NCBI RefSeq assembly: GCF_003334305.1 | Contig: NZ_QOWS01000018.1 | Origin: Escherichia coli | GTDB taxonomy: Bacteria > Pseudomonadota > Gammaproteobacteria > Enterobacterales > Enterobacteriaceae | Reading direction: 5' to 3' (one strand) | DNA: 64,000 bases | Shown here: positions 1 to 12,174 of the stretch, one piece after another | How the letters are laid out: each line of letters starts with the position of its first letter | Position numbering within the stretch: the first letter of the stretch is position 1 | The notes under the pieces: model-generated | The model's database searches: none | Seen by the model: only the letters and a program-made list of their open reading frames with translations | Told to the model about the DNA's origin: nothing | Translations under genes and position numbers: made by a program

Positions 1-280
1 AGAACCCTACCAGCTGCCACATTGCGTCCAGGCCCAGGCATCCCGGCATAACCGGATCGCCAATAAAGTGGCATCCGAAGAACCACAGATCCGGATTGAT
101 ATCCAGTTCTGCTTCAACATACCCTTTGTCGAAGTTACCACCCGTTTCGGTCATTTTGACCACACGGTCCATCATCAGCATGTTCGGTGCTGGCAATTGC
201 GGGCCTTTAGCGCCAAACAGTTCACCGCGACCAGAGGCAAGAAGGTCTTCTTTTGTATAGGATTCGCGTTTATCTACCAT
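1..280 (-). CDS. fabA: 3-hydroxydecanoyl-ACP dehydratase FabA, N-terminal part (gene runs off the left edge)
   Basis: Reverse strand from ATG at 278-280 reads [14 protein letters not shown], the FabA N-terminus as I recall it; absent from ORF track because truncated. Confidence 0.85.
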
Positions 281-348
281 GTTCTCTGTAAGCCTTATTT
301 TATTGAAGCACGCAGGATAGCTAACACGTGTACGCTGAACAAGTCCGA

Positions 349-2109
349 TCAGTTCGGAATAAACCAGTTCAGCCAACGTAATGGCCATGGAAAACGGTGA
401 CGTCCTTCCTGTTGCGATGCTTGCGCGATACGTTCCTGGATGGTTTGCATCAGCGTCGTTTGGCCTTCGCCATCCCACACCAGATTTAATAATAACGGCA
501 GTGCGTCAGTCACATCGTCTACTGCCCAGATGGTGAATTTGCCTTCTTCTACCGCTTTCACCAGTTCACTGTGAAGACTTAAATGGCGAACGTTAGCTGT
601 GGGGATAATGACACCTTGTTTCCCGGTTAACTCACGTTGCTGGCAAATAGCAAAGAAGCCTTCGATTTTCTCATTTAAACCACCGACCGGCTGGGCGCGA
701 CCGAACTGATCGACTGAACCTGTGATAGCGATACTCTGATTCACCGGCACATCGGCGAGGGCGCTTATCAGGGCGCAGAGTTCAGCCATCGAGGCACTAT
801 CTCCATCAACTTCACTGTATGACTGCTCAAATGTCAGCGATGCTGAGAAGGGGATCTGTTGCTCAAGCTGTAGTTCCGACATCAGGAACGCTTGCATGAT
901 CATCATCCCTTTCGCATGGATATTGCCGCCAAGCTCCGCTTTGCGTTCGATGTCGGTGAATTCACCATCGCCAATATGCACAACGCAGCTAATGCGAGAA
1001 GGTTCGCCAAAAGCGCGTGGATGACCCGGAAATTCAATGACCGAAAGGGCGTTAATTTGCCCGATGCGTTCGCCTTCGGTTTCAATCAGGATTTGCTCCT
1101 GAAGGATCTCATCCTGCATACGTTCAGCGAGGAAACCTTCGCGCCATTCACGCTGCTGCAGCATTAAGTTTAGCTGCTCGCCGGAGAAGGTGTCGCCATC
1201 ACACAGGGAGGCGACCTCTTTACACTGGCGGAGGATCCACTGCGGGCTAAGCGGAAGTGTTTCTTGTTCACCGGTGTAGCGTGCTGCTTCGCGGATAAGT
1301 ACCGGCCAGGCATCCGCTCCCGGTGCAGGTAAGTGATTATGTCTGGCGGTAAATGTCACCCAGCGACACCACTGGGTTACTGACTCTGCATCGACAATCT
1401 GCAGAGTATCTTCAAATTCGCTATAAATAGCCTGCTCTGAAAGCTCTGGCTCCATCTCCTGGAAATCAGCCAATGATTCGCGTTCGCCTACCAGAATGAC
1501 TTTCAGCTTCAATGGCATCGAAGGCACAGAGACGGGGAGAGGGCGCGACTCATCAAACGCAACCCAGTCAAAACGCTCGCGGTTAACGATATTTTTCAGC
1601 CGCATCCACAGCAGAGGTTGCGCCAGCAGTGTACGCAAAGAGATGATGAGAATACCGCCATTTGCCTGATGCACCAGACCAGGCTGCAGGGTAATGTCGC
1701 CATTAAACTGGCGCAGGCAGCCAAAGAGTTGCTCCGCTTCTACCCAGTCGGCAGCGACAACTTGCGTTAAAGTCGCAAAATTATCATCTGCACTCACTGC
1801 GTGACGTAAGCGGATGGAGTGGCCGGAAACCTCATAGTGACCGCCCACCAGTTGGCCTGCATCGCTTTGTAGCGTACGCGCGGCATTGGCAATAAGATTC
1901 AGATACTCAGACTCTTCCGGGGCCTTCGCCAGCATAAAAGAGGAGGATGCTCGCGTATGCAGCAACTGCTCCAGTGCGAATTGCAGTCGCGGTTGAGTAT
2001 CACTGAATAAAGGATCGTTTTCGTCAATCAAATGTGGCTGAGCAAATATTTCCTGATAGCTATCGGTATCCGGAACCAGGTCACGCCATGCAAGTTTCGT
2101 AATGGTCAA
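349..2109 (-). CDS. ycbZ: Lon-like protease homolog YcbZ (586 aa)
   Basis: Track ORF 349..2109, full-length 586 aa; fabA-ycbZ-matP-ompA synteny as in K-12. Confidence 0.9.
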
Positions 2110-2294
2110 AGTTGATGTTTTTTAGTCTGTTGTCAAAGCCGCGATTATACCGTAACCGGCACTACAGCACACGTAGAAAGCACCGACAATACTCCTGGCA
2201 TGGGCGTTAAAGCTCACAGGATGGAGATTCTTTTCTTCACTGGCCTAAAAAGCTGATATTCTGTAAAGAGTTACACGGTAACATTGAGATCGCT

Positions 2295-2747
2295 ATGAAA
2301 TATCAACAACTTGAAAATCTTGAAAGCGGTTGGAAATGGAAGTATCTGGTGAAGAAGCATCGCGAAGGGGAGTTAATCACCCGTTACATAGAAGCCAGTG
2401 CCGCCCAGGAAGCCGTCGATGTGTTGCTCTCGCTCGAAAATGAACCCGTGCTGGTAAATGGCTGGATTGACAAGCATATGAATCCGGAACTGGTCAATCG
2501 CATGAAGCAAACCATTCGGGCAAGACGAAAGCGCCATTTTAATGCGGAACACCAGCATACGCGCAAAAAATCGATCGATCTGGAATTTATTGTCTGGCAA
2601 CGTCTGGCTGGTCTTGCGCAGCGTCGCGGTAAAACGCTTTCTGAAACGATTGTTCAGCTGATTGAAGATGCGGAAAACAAAGAGAAATACGCGAATAAAA
2701 TGTCTTCTCTGAAGCAGGATCTGCAGGCATTGCTGGGTAAGGAATAA
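2295..2747 (+). CDS. matP: Ter macrodomain organizer MatP (150 aa)
   Basis: Track ORF 2295..2747, [21 protein letters not shown]...; position between ycbZ and ompA. Confidence 0.93.
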
Positions 2748-2786
2748 CTGACGAAAGTCAGTTCAATTTACTAAAGGCAAAAAAAA

Positions 2787-2809
2787 CCCCGCAGCAGCGG
2801 GGTTTTTCT
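2787..2809. terminator. Bidirectional rho-independent terminator between matP and ompA
   Basis: GC hairpin CCCCGCAGCAGCGGGG followed by TTTTT, preceded by A-run. Confidence 0.8.
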
Positions 2810-2822
2810 ACCAGACGAGAAC

Positions 2823-3863
2823 TTAAGCTTGCGGCTGAGTTACAACGTCTTTGATACCTTTAACTTCGATCTCTACGCGACGATCCGGAGCCAGGCAGTC
2901 GATCAGTGCAGCACGCTGTTTCACGTTGTCACAGGTGTTGCCAGTAACCGGGTTGGATTCGCCCATACCACGTGCGGAGATCTTGTCTGCCGGGATACCT
3001 TTGGAGATCAGGTAATCAACAACAGACTGAGCACGGCGCTCGGACAGACCCTGGTTGTAAGCGTCAGAACCGATGCGGTCGGTGTAACCCAGAACAACTA
3101 CGGAACCGTCTTTCGGATCCAGGTTGCTCAGCTGGCTGTACAGCTGATCCAGAGCAGCCTGACCTTCCGGTTTCAGGGTTGCTTTGTTGAAGTTGAACAG
3201 AACGTCAGACTTCAGAGTGAAGTGCTTGGTCTGTACTTCCGGTGCCGGAGCTGGAGCCGGAGCAACTACTGGAGCTGCTTCGCCCTGACCGAAACGGTAG
3301 GAAACACCCAGGCTCAGCATGCCGTTGTCCGGACGAGTGCCGATGGTGTGTGCGTCACCGATGTTGTTGGTCCACTGGTATTCCAGACGGGTAGCGATTT
3401 CAGGAGTGATCGCGTACTCAACACCGCCAGCGAAGACCGGAGAAACGCCGGTGTCGTGGTTTTTACCATAAACGTTGGATTTAGTGTCTGCACGCCATAC
3501 CATACCACCCAGACGAGTGTAGATGTCCAGGTCGTCAGTGATTGGGTAACCCAGTTTAGCGGTCAGTTGAACGCCCTGAGCTTTGTATGCACCGTTTTCA
3601 ACGCTGCCTTTGTACGGCATACGACCTAACCAGTCGTAACCCATTTCAAAGCCAACATACGGGTTAACCTGGTAACCACCAAAAGCACCAGCGCCCAGTT
3701 GGTTTTCATGGGTCGGGCCATTGTTGTTGATGAAACCAGTGTCATGGTACTGGGACCAGCCCAGTTTAGCACCAGTGTACCAGGTGTTATCTTTCGGAGC
3801 GGCCTGCGCTACGGTAGCGAAACCAGCCAGTGCCACTGCAATCGCGATAGCTGTCTTTTTCAT
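2823..3863 (-). CDS. ompA: Outer membrane protein A (346 aa)
   Basis: Track ORF 2823..3935 contains [21 protein letters not shown] signal peptide and the APAPAP hinge; start trimmed to ATG at 3861-3863. Confidence 0.97.
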
Positions 3864-3996
3864 TTTTTGCGCCTCGTTATCATCCAAAATACGCCATGAA
3901 TATCTCCAACGAGATAACACGGTTAAATCCTTCACCGGGGGATCTGCTCAATATTAACTCTACCGATATCTTCGGCTTATGCCGAGCACCCCTAGC
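3864..3996 (-). promoter_or_regulatory. ompA long 5' UTR (about 133 nt), known target of Hfq/MicA regulation
   Basis: Reverse complement of 3961-3996 reads GCTAGGGGTGCTCGGCATAAGCCGAAGATATCGGTA, matching the remembered start of the ompA leader. Confidence 0.65.
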
Positions 3997-4219
3997 GATG
4001 TAAAGTCTACAACGTAGTTGAAAACTTACAAGTGTGAACTCCGTCAGGCATATGAAAAAAAAGTCTTGTATAAGGTATGTTTAATCTTTTTTGTCAGCGA
4101 CAATTTACAGAAGAAAATCGCGGAAACCGCTTCAGACAAGCCTCCGCAAGGAAAATTAGTCACGACTGAAAGCATTGGCTGGGCGACAAAAAAAGTTCCA
4201 GGATTAATCCTAAATTTAC

Positions 4220-4729
4220 TTAATGATACAAATTAGAGTGAATTTTTAGCCCGGAAAGTTGTCTCGTGGCGTGAGAGGATGCGCTTACCGGACGCATAAT
4301 AAACCCCATAGCGTTACCTTCATTTGCCGCATCAACAAGTTCAGCATGCTCTTCTTCAGTCAAATCATCTGCCAACCAACCGATCACCACACTGTAATTG
4401 CCCGTGCGTAAAGCGCGAACCATTGACTCCACAGTGTGGCAAGGGGAGAGCTGGCTAATCTGCATTACTTTCGTTAAGGGTAGCCCAGATGCCTGAACCC
4501 ATTCCCGACTCAGTTTTTGTTGCGGTGTTAACCAGAGTTGCCAGCGCGATTGCTGACCGAGTTGCTGTAACAATGGCAACAGTAGAAGTTGCGTCATCAT
4601 GGGCTGATCTTCGCGATAGACAACTTCACTGATAAGCCCGGCTGTAGTGTTTTCCGTAGAGACACGCGCAATTTTACTTGCTGCGGATGAGAACGACGAA
4701 GAACGATGTGCATAGCCTGAAGTGTACAT
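4220..4729 (-). CDS. sulA: SOS cell-division inhibitor SulA (169 aa)
   Basis: Track ORF 4220..4735; [19 protein letters not shown]...; start trimmed to second Met; LexA box upstream. Confidence 0.95.
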
Positions 4730-4751
4730 AATCAATCCAGCCCCTGTGAGT

Positions 4752-4771
4752 TACTGTATGGATGTACAGTA
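4752..4771. promoter_or_regulatory. LexA operator (SOS box) of sulA
   Basis: TACTGTATGGATGTACAGTA fits CTGT-N8-ACAG, about 25 bp upstream of sulA start. Confidence 0.9.
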
Positions 4772-4947
4772 CATCCAGTGACAACAAAGATCAACCCTAT
4801 TTTCGGAAAGAGCCTCGCAAATTTTGTCGTTGGTGACGGGAAAACATAAATTAATCTTGCCCCTTAAGAATAAGTTGCCTATTTTCGTAGTTAACGGATC
4901 CGTTAATGTGAATCATTCTTTTATGTTATTATTTTAAAAGGAATTTT

Positions 4948-5577
4948 ATGAAAAGCCTCTCCTATAAGCGGATCTATAAATCACAAGAATACCTGGCAAC
5001 GTTGGGCACAATTGAATACCGATCATTGTTTGGCAGTTACAGCCTGACCGTTGACGACACGGTGTTTGCGATGGTTTCTGATGGTGAGTTGTATCTTCGG
5101 GCTTGTGAGCAAAGTGCACAGTACTGTGTAAAACATCCGCCTGTCTGGCTGACATATAAAAAGTGTGGCCGATCCGTTACCCTCAATTACTATCGGGTTG
5201 ATGAAAGTCTATGGCGAAATCAACTGAAGCTGGTGCGTCTGTCGAAATATTCTCTCGATGCAGCGCTGAAAGAGAAAAGCACGCGCAATACCCGGGAAAG
5301 ACTGAAAGATTTGCCCAATATGTCTTTTCATCTGGAAGCGATTCTCGGGGAGGTGGGGATTAAGGATGTACGGGCGTTACGTATACTTGGGGCAAAAATG
5401 TGTTGGTTGCGACTGCGGCAGCAAAACAGTCTGGTGACAGAAAAGATTCTGTTTATGCTTGAAGGTGCCATTATCGGCATTCATGAAGCTGCGCTCCCGG
5501 TGGCACGCCGCCAGGAGCTTGCAGAATGGGCTGACTCTCTTACGCCGAAACAGGAGTTTCCTGCGGAACTTGAGTAA
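4948..5577 (+). CDS. sxy: Competence regulator Sxy/TfoX (209 aa)
   Basis: Track ORF 4948..5577; position between sulA and yccS. Confidence 0.9.
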   Translation: MKSLSYKRIYKSQEYLATLGTIEYRSLFGSYSLTVDDTVFAMVSDGELYLRACEQSAQYCVKHPPVWLTYKKCGRSVTLNYYRVDESLWRNQLKLVRLSKYSLDAALKEKSTRNTRERLKDLPNMSFHLEAILGEVGIKDVRALRILGAKMCWLRLRQQNSLVTEKILFMLEGAIIGIHEAALPVARRQELAEWADSLTPKQEFPAELE

Positions 5578-7693
5578 TCTGGCGTTGCAGACGACCAATC
5601 TCAGGCAGTAATGCAATCAATAATCCAACTTGTTGTACGACCAGAGGTTCTTTGCTGTCTGCCCGTGGTTCAAGTTGCTGCATCCGCTGTTTCAGGCTAG
5701 CTAATGCCTCATTGACGCGTTCTTCATCAGCAGGTTGATGATGTAACGCGTCATCAACATAGCAAACTGCGTCATCAAGAAACGCCAGAATTTCAGGATT
5801 AGTTAACTGCTCCCGGTGAGCACCGAGGGCTGAGATATAGCTGGTAAACGTATGGTTAAGGCACAGCAACCGAAACGCGGCTTCGCGAATTTGCGGGGTA
5901 ACGTTCGGTTCGCTGGACATATTTGATACCACCGACGCCAGTTCAGCATCACGGTTGTGTGCATCGCGGCGGGCAATACGATACGCCAGACGGTTATCAC
6001 GCCCCTGATGGTATTGCTCCAGTATGGCATCGAGATACCGGCAGTTGGCCTCTGTGGCGCGTTCGAGCATTCGCGGCAGATTGCGAAACTGCCAGTCAGG
6101 CCAGATGTAGCTCACTGCCGCCCACGCAATGGCACAACCAATCAGCGTATCGATTACGCGAGGTAACGCTACTTCAAAACCTTCACCCAGCAAGTTAAAA
6201 CACAGTAGCACCAAAAGTGTGATGAACATCGTTGCATGGGCATATTGCACGTTACGGAAGGCAAAAAAGAGCACGCCGGTAATAACCAGTAGCACCAGCT
6301 GCCCTTCCAGTGACGGTACAAACCACAGCACAGGAATGCCAATGGCGATACCGACCAGCGTACCAATAATCCTTAACTTCAGGCGGTGGCGCGTGGCGTT
6401 ATAGTTTGGCTGGCAGACAAACAAACTTGTCAGCAAGATCCAATACCCGTGATGCATTCCGGTTATCTGAATGATGGCGTAGCCGAAGCACAACACCAGC
6501 GACATTCTTACCGCATGACGGAAGAGGGCGGATTCCGGCGTGAAGTGACGGCTAAGACGCAGCCAGATATCACTCAATCCGTGCGGGCTATCATCAGCGA
6601 GCTCATTTTCGTCATTATTATGGGGCAGTGCCTGGGCCTGTTCTGATTCAATTGTTGCCAGTTGGGCATCAATGGCGCGTAAATTGTTCAGCAAAAATCC
6701 CAGTGTTTTAAGTAAATCGGCAGGCGCGCCGTTATCGCGCATCCGCTCCAGCGCAGCATCAATATGCGTAAAAGCGCGCTCAAAATGCGGATCATGTTGA
6801 TAAGGCTGACGCAGCAAAATACAGCGTGACAGTTGCTGGCACGCCTGGCCCTGCATCGACATCAGCCGCTGAAAACGGAACAGCACGTCGCTGTGGCGAA
6901 AATGTTCACGCAATGTTTGATACTGAATATGAGAAGAGCTGGCACGCTCGTGAATATCCTGTGCGACAAAGTAATAATGCAGCGTGCGACGCGTTCCCCG
7001 TTGACCACGATCGCCACGTAAGCGGGTCAGCAGCGAGAGTTTCGTCTGATTCAATGTCGCCATCAGCTGACCGTTGGCGAGAGCCAAATCGTACAGCGGT
7101 GCCTGGCTTTCATCTTCAATATCAGGATCAAACATGCGCGACTTGAGCTCAAGATAACGCGCCAGTTGTTCATAGCAACGCGCCAGGTTGTCCTGCAGCG
7201 GGCGGACCGGGAACAGCAGATGACCAATAAGTGTCAGGACGTTGTACCAGACGGCACCGGCCAGCAGATACATCGGCTGCTGATACCAGTGCTCATACAG
7301 TGATGTTCCCAACATAGTGTAAATGGCGATCAGCAATGCACCGAAGGCAATTGTTGCATAGCGTTGACCCAGACCGCCGAGCAAAATGAAGCCGCTGGTA
7401 GAGAGCGTTAAGCCAATCGCAAATAGCCAGGGCCAGGGAAACAGCAATTCTACTGAGGCCGAGGCGATAAAAAAGCAGAACAGCGTAATGATGAGGTTAC
7501 GCAAACGTCCCGCCAGTCGGTCATCGAGATCGGTCAGCGCCGCTGCCACCATCCCCAGCGTTAGCGGAATCGTCAGTTTTACATCACCCAGCCACCACGG
7601 AAACGCTGTGGTTCCACAAAGCGCAATAAAAATACGCGCGTAATACAGCCAGGCGCTGTTCCAGGTATAGCGTTTGAGCAAAGGACTTAGCAT
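5540..7693 (-). CDS. yccS: Inner membrane protein YccS (about 717 aa)
   Basis: Track ORF 5540..7702; multi-TM protein; start set to MLSPLLKRYTW; 3' end overlaps sxy convergently. Confidence 0.88.
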   Translation of the reverse strand: MLSPLLKRYTWNSAWLYYARIFIALCGTTAFPWWLGDVKLTIPLTLGMVAAALTDLDDRLAGRLRNLIITLFCFFIASASVELLFPWPWLFAIGLTLSTSGFILLGGLGQRYATIAFGALLIAIYTMLGTSLYEHWYQQPMYLLAGAVWYNVLTLIGHLLFPVRPLQDNLARCYEQLARYLELKSRMFDPDIEDESQAPLYDLALANGQLMATLNQTKLSLLTRLRGDRGQRGTRRTLHYYFVAQDIHERASSSHIQYQTLREHFRHSDVLFRFQRLMSMQGQACQQLSRCILLRQPYQHDPHFERAFTHIDAALERMRDNGAPADLLKTLGFLLNNLRAIDAQLATIESEQAQALPHNNDENELADDSPHGLSDIWLRLSRHFTPESALFRHAVRMSLVLCFGYAIIQITGMHHGYWILLTSLFVCQPNYNATRHRLKLRIIGTLVGIAIGIPVLWFVPSLEGQLVLLVITGVLFFAFRNVQYAHATMFITLLVLLCFNLLGEGFEVALPRVIDTLIGCAIAWAAVSYIWPDWQFRNLPRMLERATEANCRYLDAILEQYHQGRDNRLAYRIARRDAHNRDAELASVVSNMSSEPNVTPQIREAAFRLLCLNHTFTSYISALGAHREQLTNPEILAFLDDAVCYVDDALHHQPADEERVNEALASLKQRMQQLEPRADSKEPLVVQQVGLLIALLPEIGRLQRQITQVPQETPVSA

Positions 7694-7711
7694 AAAGGCC
7701 ATATTAGTGGA

Positions 7712-8158
7712 TTATTCAAAACGACGACGTGCATTGGCTTCACGCGCAGCTTGCGCCGTTTCTACCGATACCACGCGACGACCAACCGGCCATAGTGCAA
7801 TAGCGGCAATTTTAAAGTTCGCAATGCCGACAGGAATGCCAATGATTGAAATACATTGTGCGATGCCCGTTGCAATGTGCATCAGGCATAACCACCAGCC
7901 AAAGAAAATCAGCCAGAAAATATTCAATACCGTACCGCCAGTATTCAGCAGCACATTTTTGCCAGCCGGGTTCAGTTCATCGACATGAATAGCTTCATTG
8001 CCATAAGGCACCAGAGACAGTTTAGTGATCTCCCAGCAGGATCGTGTCAGCGGTAAGGTAAAAATCAGCATAATACTGACCAGAGTCGCCAACAGCCAGC
8101 CCAGAGTGGTGGCAAATCCGCCAAGCACAAAGTTCAGAATGTTCAAAACGGTACGCAT
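7712..8158 (-). CDS. yccF: Inner membrane protein YccF (148 aa)
   Basis: Track ORF 7712..8158; hydrophobic. Confidence 0.9.
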   Translation of the reverse strand: MRTVLNILNFVLGGFATTLGWLLATLVSIMLIFTLPLTRSCWEITKLSLVPYGNEAIHVDELNPAGKNVLLNTGGTVLNIFWLIFFGWWLCLMHIATGIAQCISIIGIPVGIANFKIAAIALWPVGRRVVSVETAQAAREANARRRFE

Positions 8159-8280
8159 AAAACCTCGCTTTACTGTGGTTTTCAGTAATGGGCGGCAATT
8201 GTAACGTTTTTTTGGGCTGGAGCACGTTTTCTCTGACGGTTACACTGATAAGAAATAATTTCGTGTGGATCTACAGAGTC

Positions 8281-10335
8281 ATGGAACTGAAAGCGACAAC
8301 GCTTGGAAAACGTCTGGCACAGCACCCTTACGATCGGGCGGTGATCCTCAATGCCGGGATTAAAGTCTCCGGCGATCGCCACGAATACCTTATTCCTTTC
8401 AATCAATTACTGGCGATTCACTGTAAGCGCGGTCTGGTATGGGGCGAGCTGGAATTTGTACTGCCGGACGAAAAAGTGGTGCGTCTGCACGGCACCGAAT
8501 GGGGCGAGACGCAGCGTTTTTACCATCATCTTGATGCTCACTGGCGGCGGTGGAGTGGCGAGATGAGCGAAATTGCGTCTGGTGTTTTACGCCAGCAACT
8601 GGATTTGATTGCCACGCGCACTGGAGAAAATAAATGGCTGACGCGTGAGCAAACCTCTGGCGTGCAGCAACAAATCCGCCAGGCTTTGTCGGCGTTGCCG
8701 TTGCCGGTTAACCGACTGGAAGAATTCGATAACTGCCGTGAGGCGTGGCGTAAATGTCAGGCCTGGTTGAAAGATATTGAAAGCGCTCGGTTGCAGCATA
8801 ACCAGGCGTATACCGAAGCCATGCTTACCGAGTATGCGGATTTTTTCCGCCAGGTCGAGTCTTCACCGCTGAATCCGGCGCAGGCCCGGGCAGTCGTTAA
8901 TGGCGAGCATTCTCTGTTAGTGCTGGCAGGTGCAGGAAGCGGAAAAACGTCGGTGCTGGTGGCCCGTGCAGGCTGGTTGCTGGCGCGTGGTGAAGCGTCC
9001 CCTGAGCAAATTTTATTGCTGGCGTTTGGTCGCAAAGCCGCTGAAGAGATGGACGAGCGGATTCGCGAACGGCTACATACCGAAGACATTACCGCACGCA
9101 CGTTTCATGCGCTGGCGCTGCATATTATTCAGCAGGGCAGCAAAAAAGTTCCGATAGTCAGCAAACTGGAAAATGATACCGCTGCCCGTCATGAACTCTT
9201 TATTGCTGAGTGGCGCAAGCAATGCAGCGAAAAGAAAGCGCAGGCGAAGGGCTGGCGGCAATGGCTGACGGAAGAAATGCAGTGGTCAGTGCCAGAAGGT
9301 AACTTCTGGGATGATGAAAAATTACAGCGTCGCCTTGCCTCTCGCCTCGATCGCTGGGTAAGTCTGATGCGGATGCACGGTGGTGCACAGGCAGAAATGA
9401 TTGCCAGTGCACCCGAAGAGATTCGCGATCTGTTCAGTAAACGTATCAAGTTGATGGCCCCGTTATTAAAAGCCTGGAAAGGTGCGCTGAAGGCAGAAAA
9501 CGCTGTCGATTTTTCGGGCCTTATTCATCAGGCGATTGTGATTCTGGAGAAAGGTCGCTTTATCAGCCCGTGGAAGCATATTCTGGTTGATGAATTTCAG
9601 GATATCTCGCCGCAGCGCGCAGCGTTGTTAGCGGCATTACGCAAGCAAAACAGTCAGACGACGTTGTTCGCCGTTGGTGATGACTGGCAGGCGATTTACC
9701 GATTCAGCGGTGCGCAAATGTCGCTCACCACCGCTTTCCATGAAAACTTTGGTGAAGGCGATCGCTGTGATTTAGACACGACTTACCGTTTTAACAGTCG
9801 TATCGGTGAGGTGGCAAACCGGTTTATTCAGCAGAACCCAGGCCAGCTGAAAAAGCCGCTAAACAGCTTAACCAATGGAGACAAAAAAGCCGTCACGTTA
9901 TTGGATGAGAGTCAACTTGACGCTTTGCTGGATAAGCTCTCTGGTTATGCCAAACCGGAAGAGCGCATTCTGATCCTGGCGCGTTACCATCACATGAGGC
10001 CTGCCAGCCTGGAAAAAGCGGCAACACGCTGGCCGAAGTTGCAAATCGACTTTATGACCATTCATGCCAGCAAAGGGCAACAGGCGGATTACGTCATCAT
10101 CGTTGGCTTGCAGGAGGGAAGTGATGGTTTTCCGGCTGCGGCGCGGGAGTCGATTATGGAAGAGGCGCTACTGCCACCGGTTGAGGATTTCCCGGACGCT
10201 GAAGAACGGCGGTTAATGTACGTGGCGCTGACCCGGGCACGCCATCGGGTATGGGCACTGTTTAACAAAGAGAATCCCTCTCCCTTTGTGGAAATACTGA
10301 AAAATCTGGATGTGCCGGTGGCGAGAAAACCGTAA
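8281..10335 (+). CDS. helD: DNA helicase IV HelD (684 aa)
   Basis: Track ORF 8188..10335; real start MELKATTLGKR at 8281; Walker A GAGSGKT and UvrD-like motifs. Confidence 0.95.
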   Translation: MELKATTLGKRLAQHPYDRAVILNAGIKVSGDRHEYLIPFNQLLAIHCKRGLVWGELEFVLPDEKVVRLHGTEWGETQRFYHHLDAHWRRWSGEMSEIASGVLRQQLDLIATRTGENKWLTREQTSGVQQQIRQALSALPLPVNRLEEFDNCREAWRKCQAWLKDIESARLQHNQAYTEAMLTEYADFFRQVESSPLNPAQARAVVNGEHSLLVLAGAGSGKTSVLVARAGWLLARGEASPEQILLLAFGRKAAEEMDERIRERLHTEDITARTFHALALHIIQQGSKKVPIVSKLENDTAARHELFIAEWRKQCSEKKAQAKGWRQWLTEEMQWSVPEGNFWDDEKLQRRLASRLDRWVSLMRMHGGAQAEMIASAPEEIRDLFSKRIKLMAPLLKAWKGALKAENAVDFSGLIHQAIVILEKGRFISPWKHILVDEFQDISPQRAALLAALRKQNSQTTLFAVGDDWQAIYRFSGAQMSLTTAFHENFGEGDRCDLDTTYRFNSRIGEVANRFIQQNPGQLKKPLNSLTNGDKKAVTLLDESQLDALLDKLSGYAKPEERILILARYHHMRPASLEKAATRWPKLQIDFMTIHASKGQQADYVIIVGLQEGSDGFPAAARESIMEEALLPPVEDFPDAEERRLMYVALTRARHRVWALFNKENPSPFVEILKNLDVPVARKP

Positions 10336-10366
10336 GAAACAGGTGGCGTTTGCCACCTGTGCAATA

Positions 10367-10825
10367 TTACTTCAGACGGTCCGCGAGATAACGCTGATAA
10401 TCGGGGATCAGAATATCGACCGCGTCGTTGAAATGCGGCGACTGGATTATGAAGTCTGCCGTTGCCACGTTGGTGGCGACCGGAATGTTCCATACCGTCG
10501 CCAGACGCAGCAAGGCTTTCACGTCAGGATCGTGCGGCACGGCATTTAGTGGATCCCAGAAGAAAATCAATACATCAATTTTCCCTTCTGAGATCAATGC
10601 GCCAACCTGCTGGTCACCCCCCATTGGGCCACTCAACATCGCGTTGACGTTCATGCCGGTCGCGCGGGAAATTAAGTTACCGGTAGTGCCTGTTGCATAC
10701 AGTACGTGTTGTTCCAGTAACGGTTGATGCCGTTCCACCCAGCTCATCAGCATTTGTTTGCAGTGATCGTGTGCCACCAGCGCAATATGTTTCCGCGCAG
10801 GTAAAGTGCGAGTCGTCAGTTCCAT
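10367..10825 (-). CDS. mgsA: Methylglyoxal synthase (152 aa)
   Basis: Track ORF 10367..10834; start [21 protein letters not shown]. Confidence 0.95.
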
Positions 10826-10920
10826 AATGTACATCCGTAGTTAACTTTCCTACAGATTACTGTAAGCACTTATCGCTGCAAGATAAAGACCGAAAAAGCC
10901 TGCGCACAGGCACAAAAATC

Positions 10921-11583
10921 TCAGGAAGATGGTTGTTTTTCCGCCCACTGCAGGAAAGTATTTCGCGTTTGTGGGTCAGCCAGTTTAAACCAATACTTCA
11001 GCCGTTGTTCTGTGAGCACCTGAGACTGCGGTGGAATAGCATCCAGCTCGGAAACACCCGAAAGCAGCGTACTGTCATCTGCCATCATCGTGGCAAATTG
11101 CGGTAGTGAAGCGCGTTTCGCGGATTTGTTATAGCGTTCAACCTCGACCTCATAATCAATCGTTTTTGCCGTTGAGGTAATGGCGAGAATATCCAGCTTT
11201 ACCGGAATCGGCGTCGCATCGCCATCCAACAATTCAAGGCGCGGCGCGGCATCAAAATGGTTAGCTTCCCGCTCATTCTCCAGGCGAGGCAGGCGAAAAT
11301 TGACCTGGTTGATGAGCTGGGTATTAAAACTGACCACCAGCGGTGGGGAGATATACAGCCGTTCTTCACTATTGGAAAGATGAATCGTCTTCTCAACGCG
11401 AAACACTAACTGATGCGGTCCATTATCCAGTTCAATGCTGTCCGCACCGCGCAGCAGAGAGCTGGAAACCTTCTTGCCGTCGAGTACCAGAAGATCGACA
11501 TCGGTTGAAAGCCGCAGCGTGGTGGCAAAAACGGATACCGGCAAACATAATGCAATCAAGGTGGTCACGATGCCGGTTTTCAT
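10921..11583 (-). CDS. yccT: Periplasmic protein YccT (220 aa)
   Basis: Track ORF 10921..11583; N-terminal signal peptide. Confidence 0.88.
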
Positions 11584-11755
11584 AGGTAGCTCCTGTCAAA
11601 AGACCGCCCGAATAATAATGTGTCAAAATTTTTCTTTAATCATACTTACTAACATATAGACATATTTCCCGCTTTTGCTCTCATTCATTCGTATTAGCTG
11701 CATGGTTGGCATGTCGGCTTTGTCGTACACTTTGTTAAACAGTCTGGAGGAAATA

Positions 11756-12169
11756 ATGAAAGAAACCGATATTGCAGGCATTTTAACGTCCACTCACACC
11801 ATTGCGCTGGTGGGGGCAAGCGACAAACCCGATCGTCCCAGCTATCGCGTGATGAAATATCTACTCGACCAGGGGTATCACGTCATTCCGGTTTCGCCAA
11901 AAGTTGCCGGCAAAACGCTGCTGGGCCAGCAGGGGTATGGCACGCTGGCAGACGTTCCGGAAAAGGTCGATATGGTCGATGTTTTCCGTAATTCAGAAGC
12001 GGCGTGGGGCGTGGCACAGGAAGCTATTGCCATTGGCGCGAAAACCCTCTGGATGCAACTGGGGGTGATTAATGAGCAAGCGGCAGTACTGGCACGGGAT
12101 GCCGGGTTAAATGTGGTGATGGATCGCTGCCCGGCTATTGAGATCCCTCGCCTGGGCCTGGCCAAATAA
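11756..12169 (+). CDS. yccU: CoA-binding protein YccU (137 aa)
   Basis: Track ORF 11675..12169; start [10 protein letters not shown] at 11756 preceded by GGAGG. Confidence 0.9.
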   Translation: MKETDIAGILTSTHTIALVGASDKPDRPSYRVMKYLLDQGYHVIPVSPKVAGKTLLGQQGYGTLADVPEKVDMVDVFRNSEAAWGVAQEAIAIGAKTLWMQLGVINEQAAVLARDAGLNVVMDRCPAIEIPRLGLAK

Positions 12170-12174
12170 AAAAT

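Noticed and set aside
68-400. 110-aa plus-strand ORF at left edge
   Set aside because: Overlaps the fabA N-terminus and ycbZ C-terminus on the opposite strand; fabA reading is unambiguous.
4018-4236. 72-aa ORF in ompA-sulA intergenic region
   Set aside because: No RBS, overlaps the sulA 3' end and ompA promoter region; not expected from K-12 synteny.
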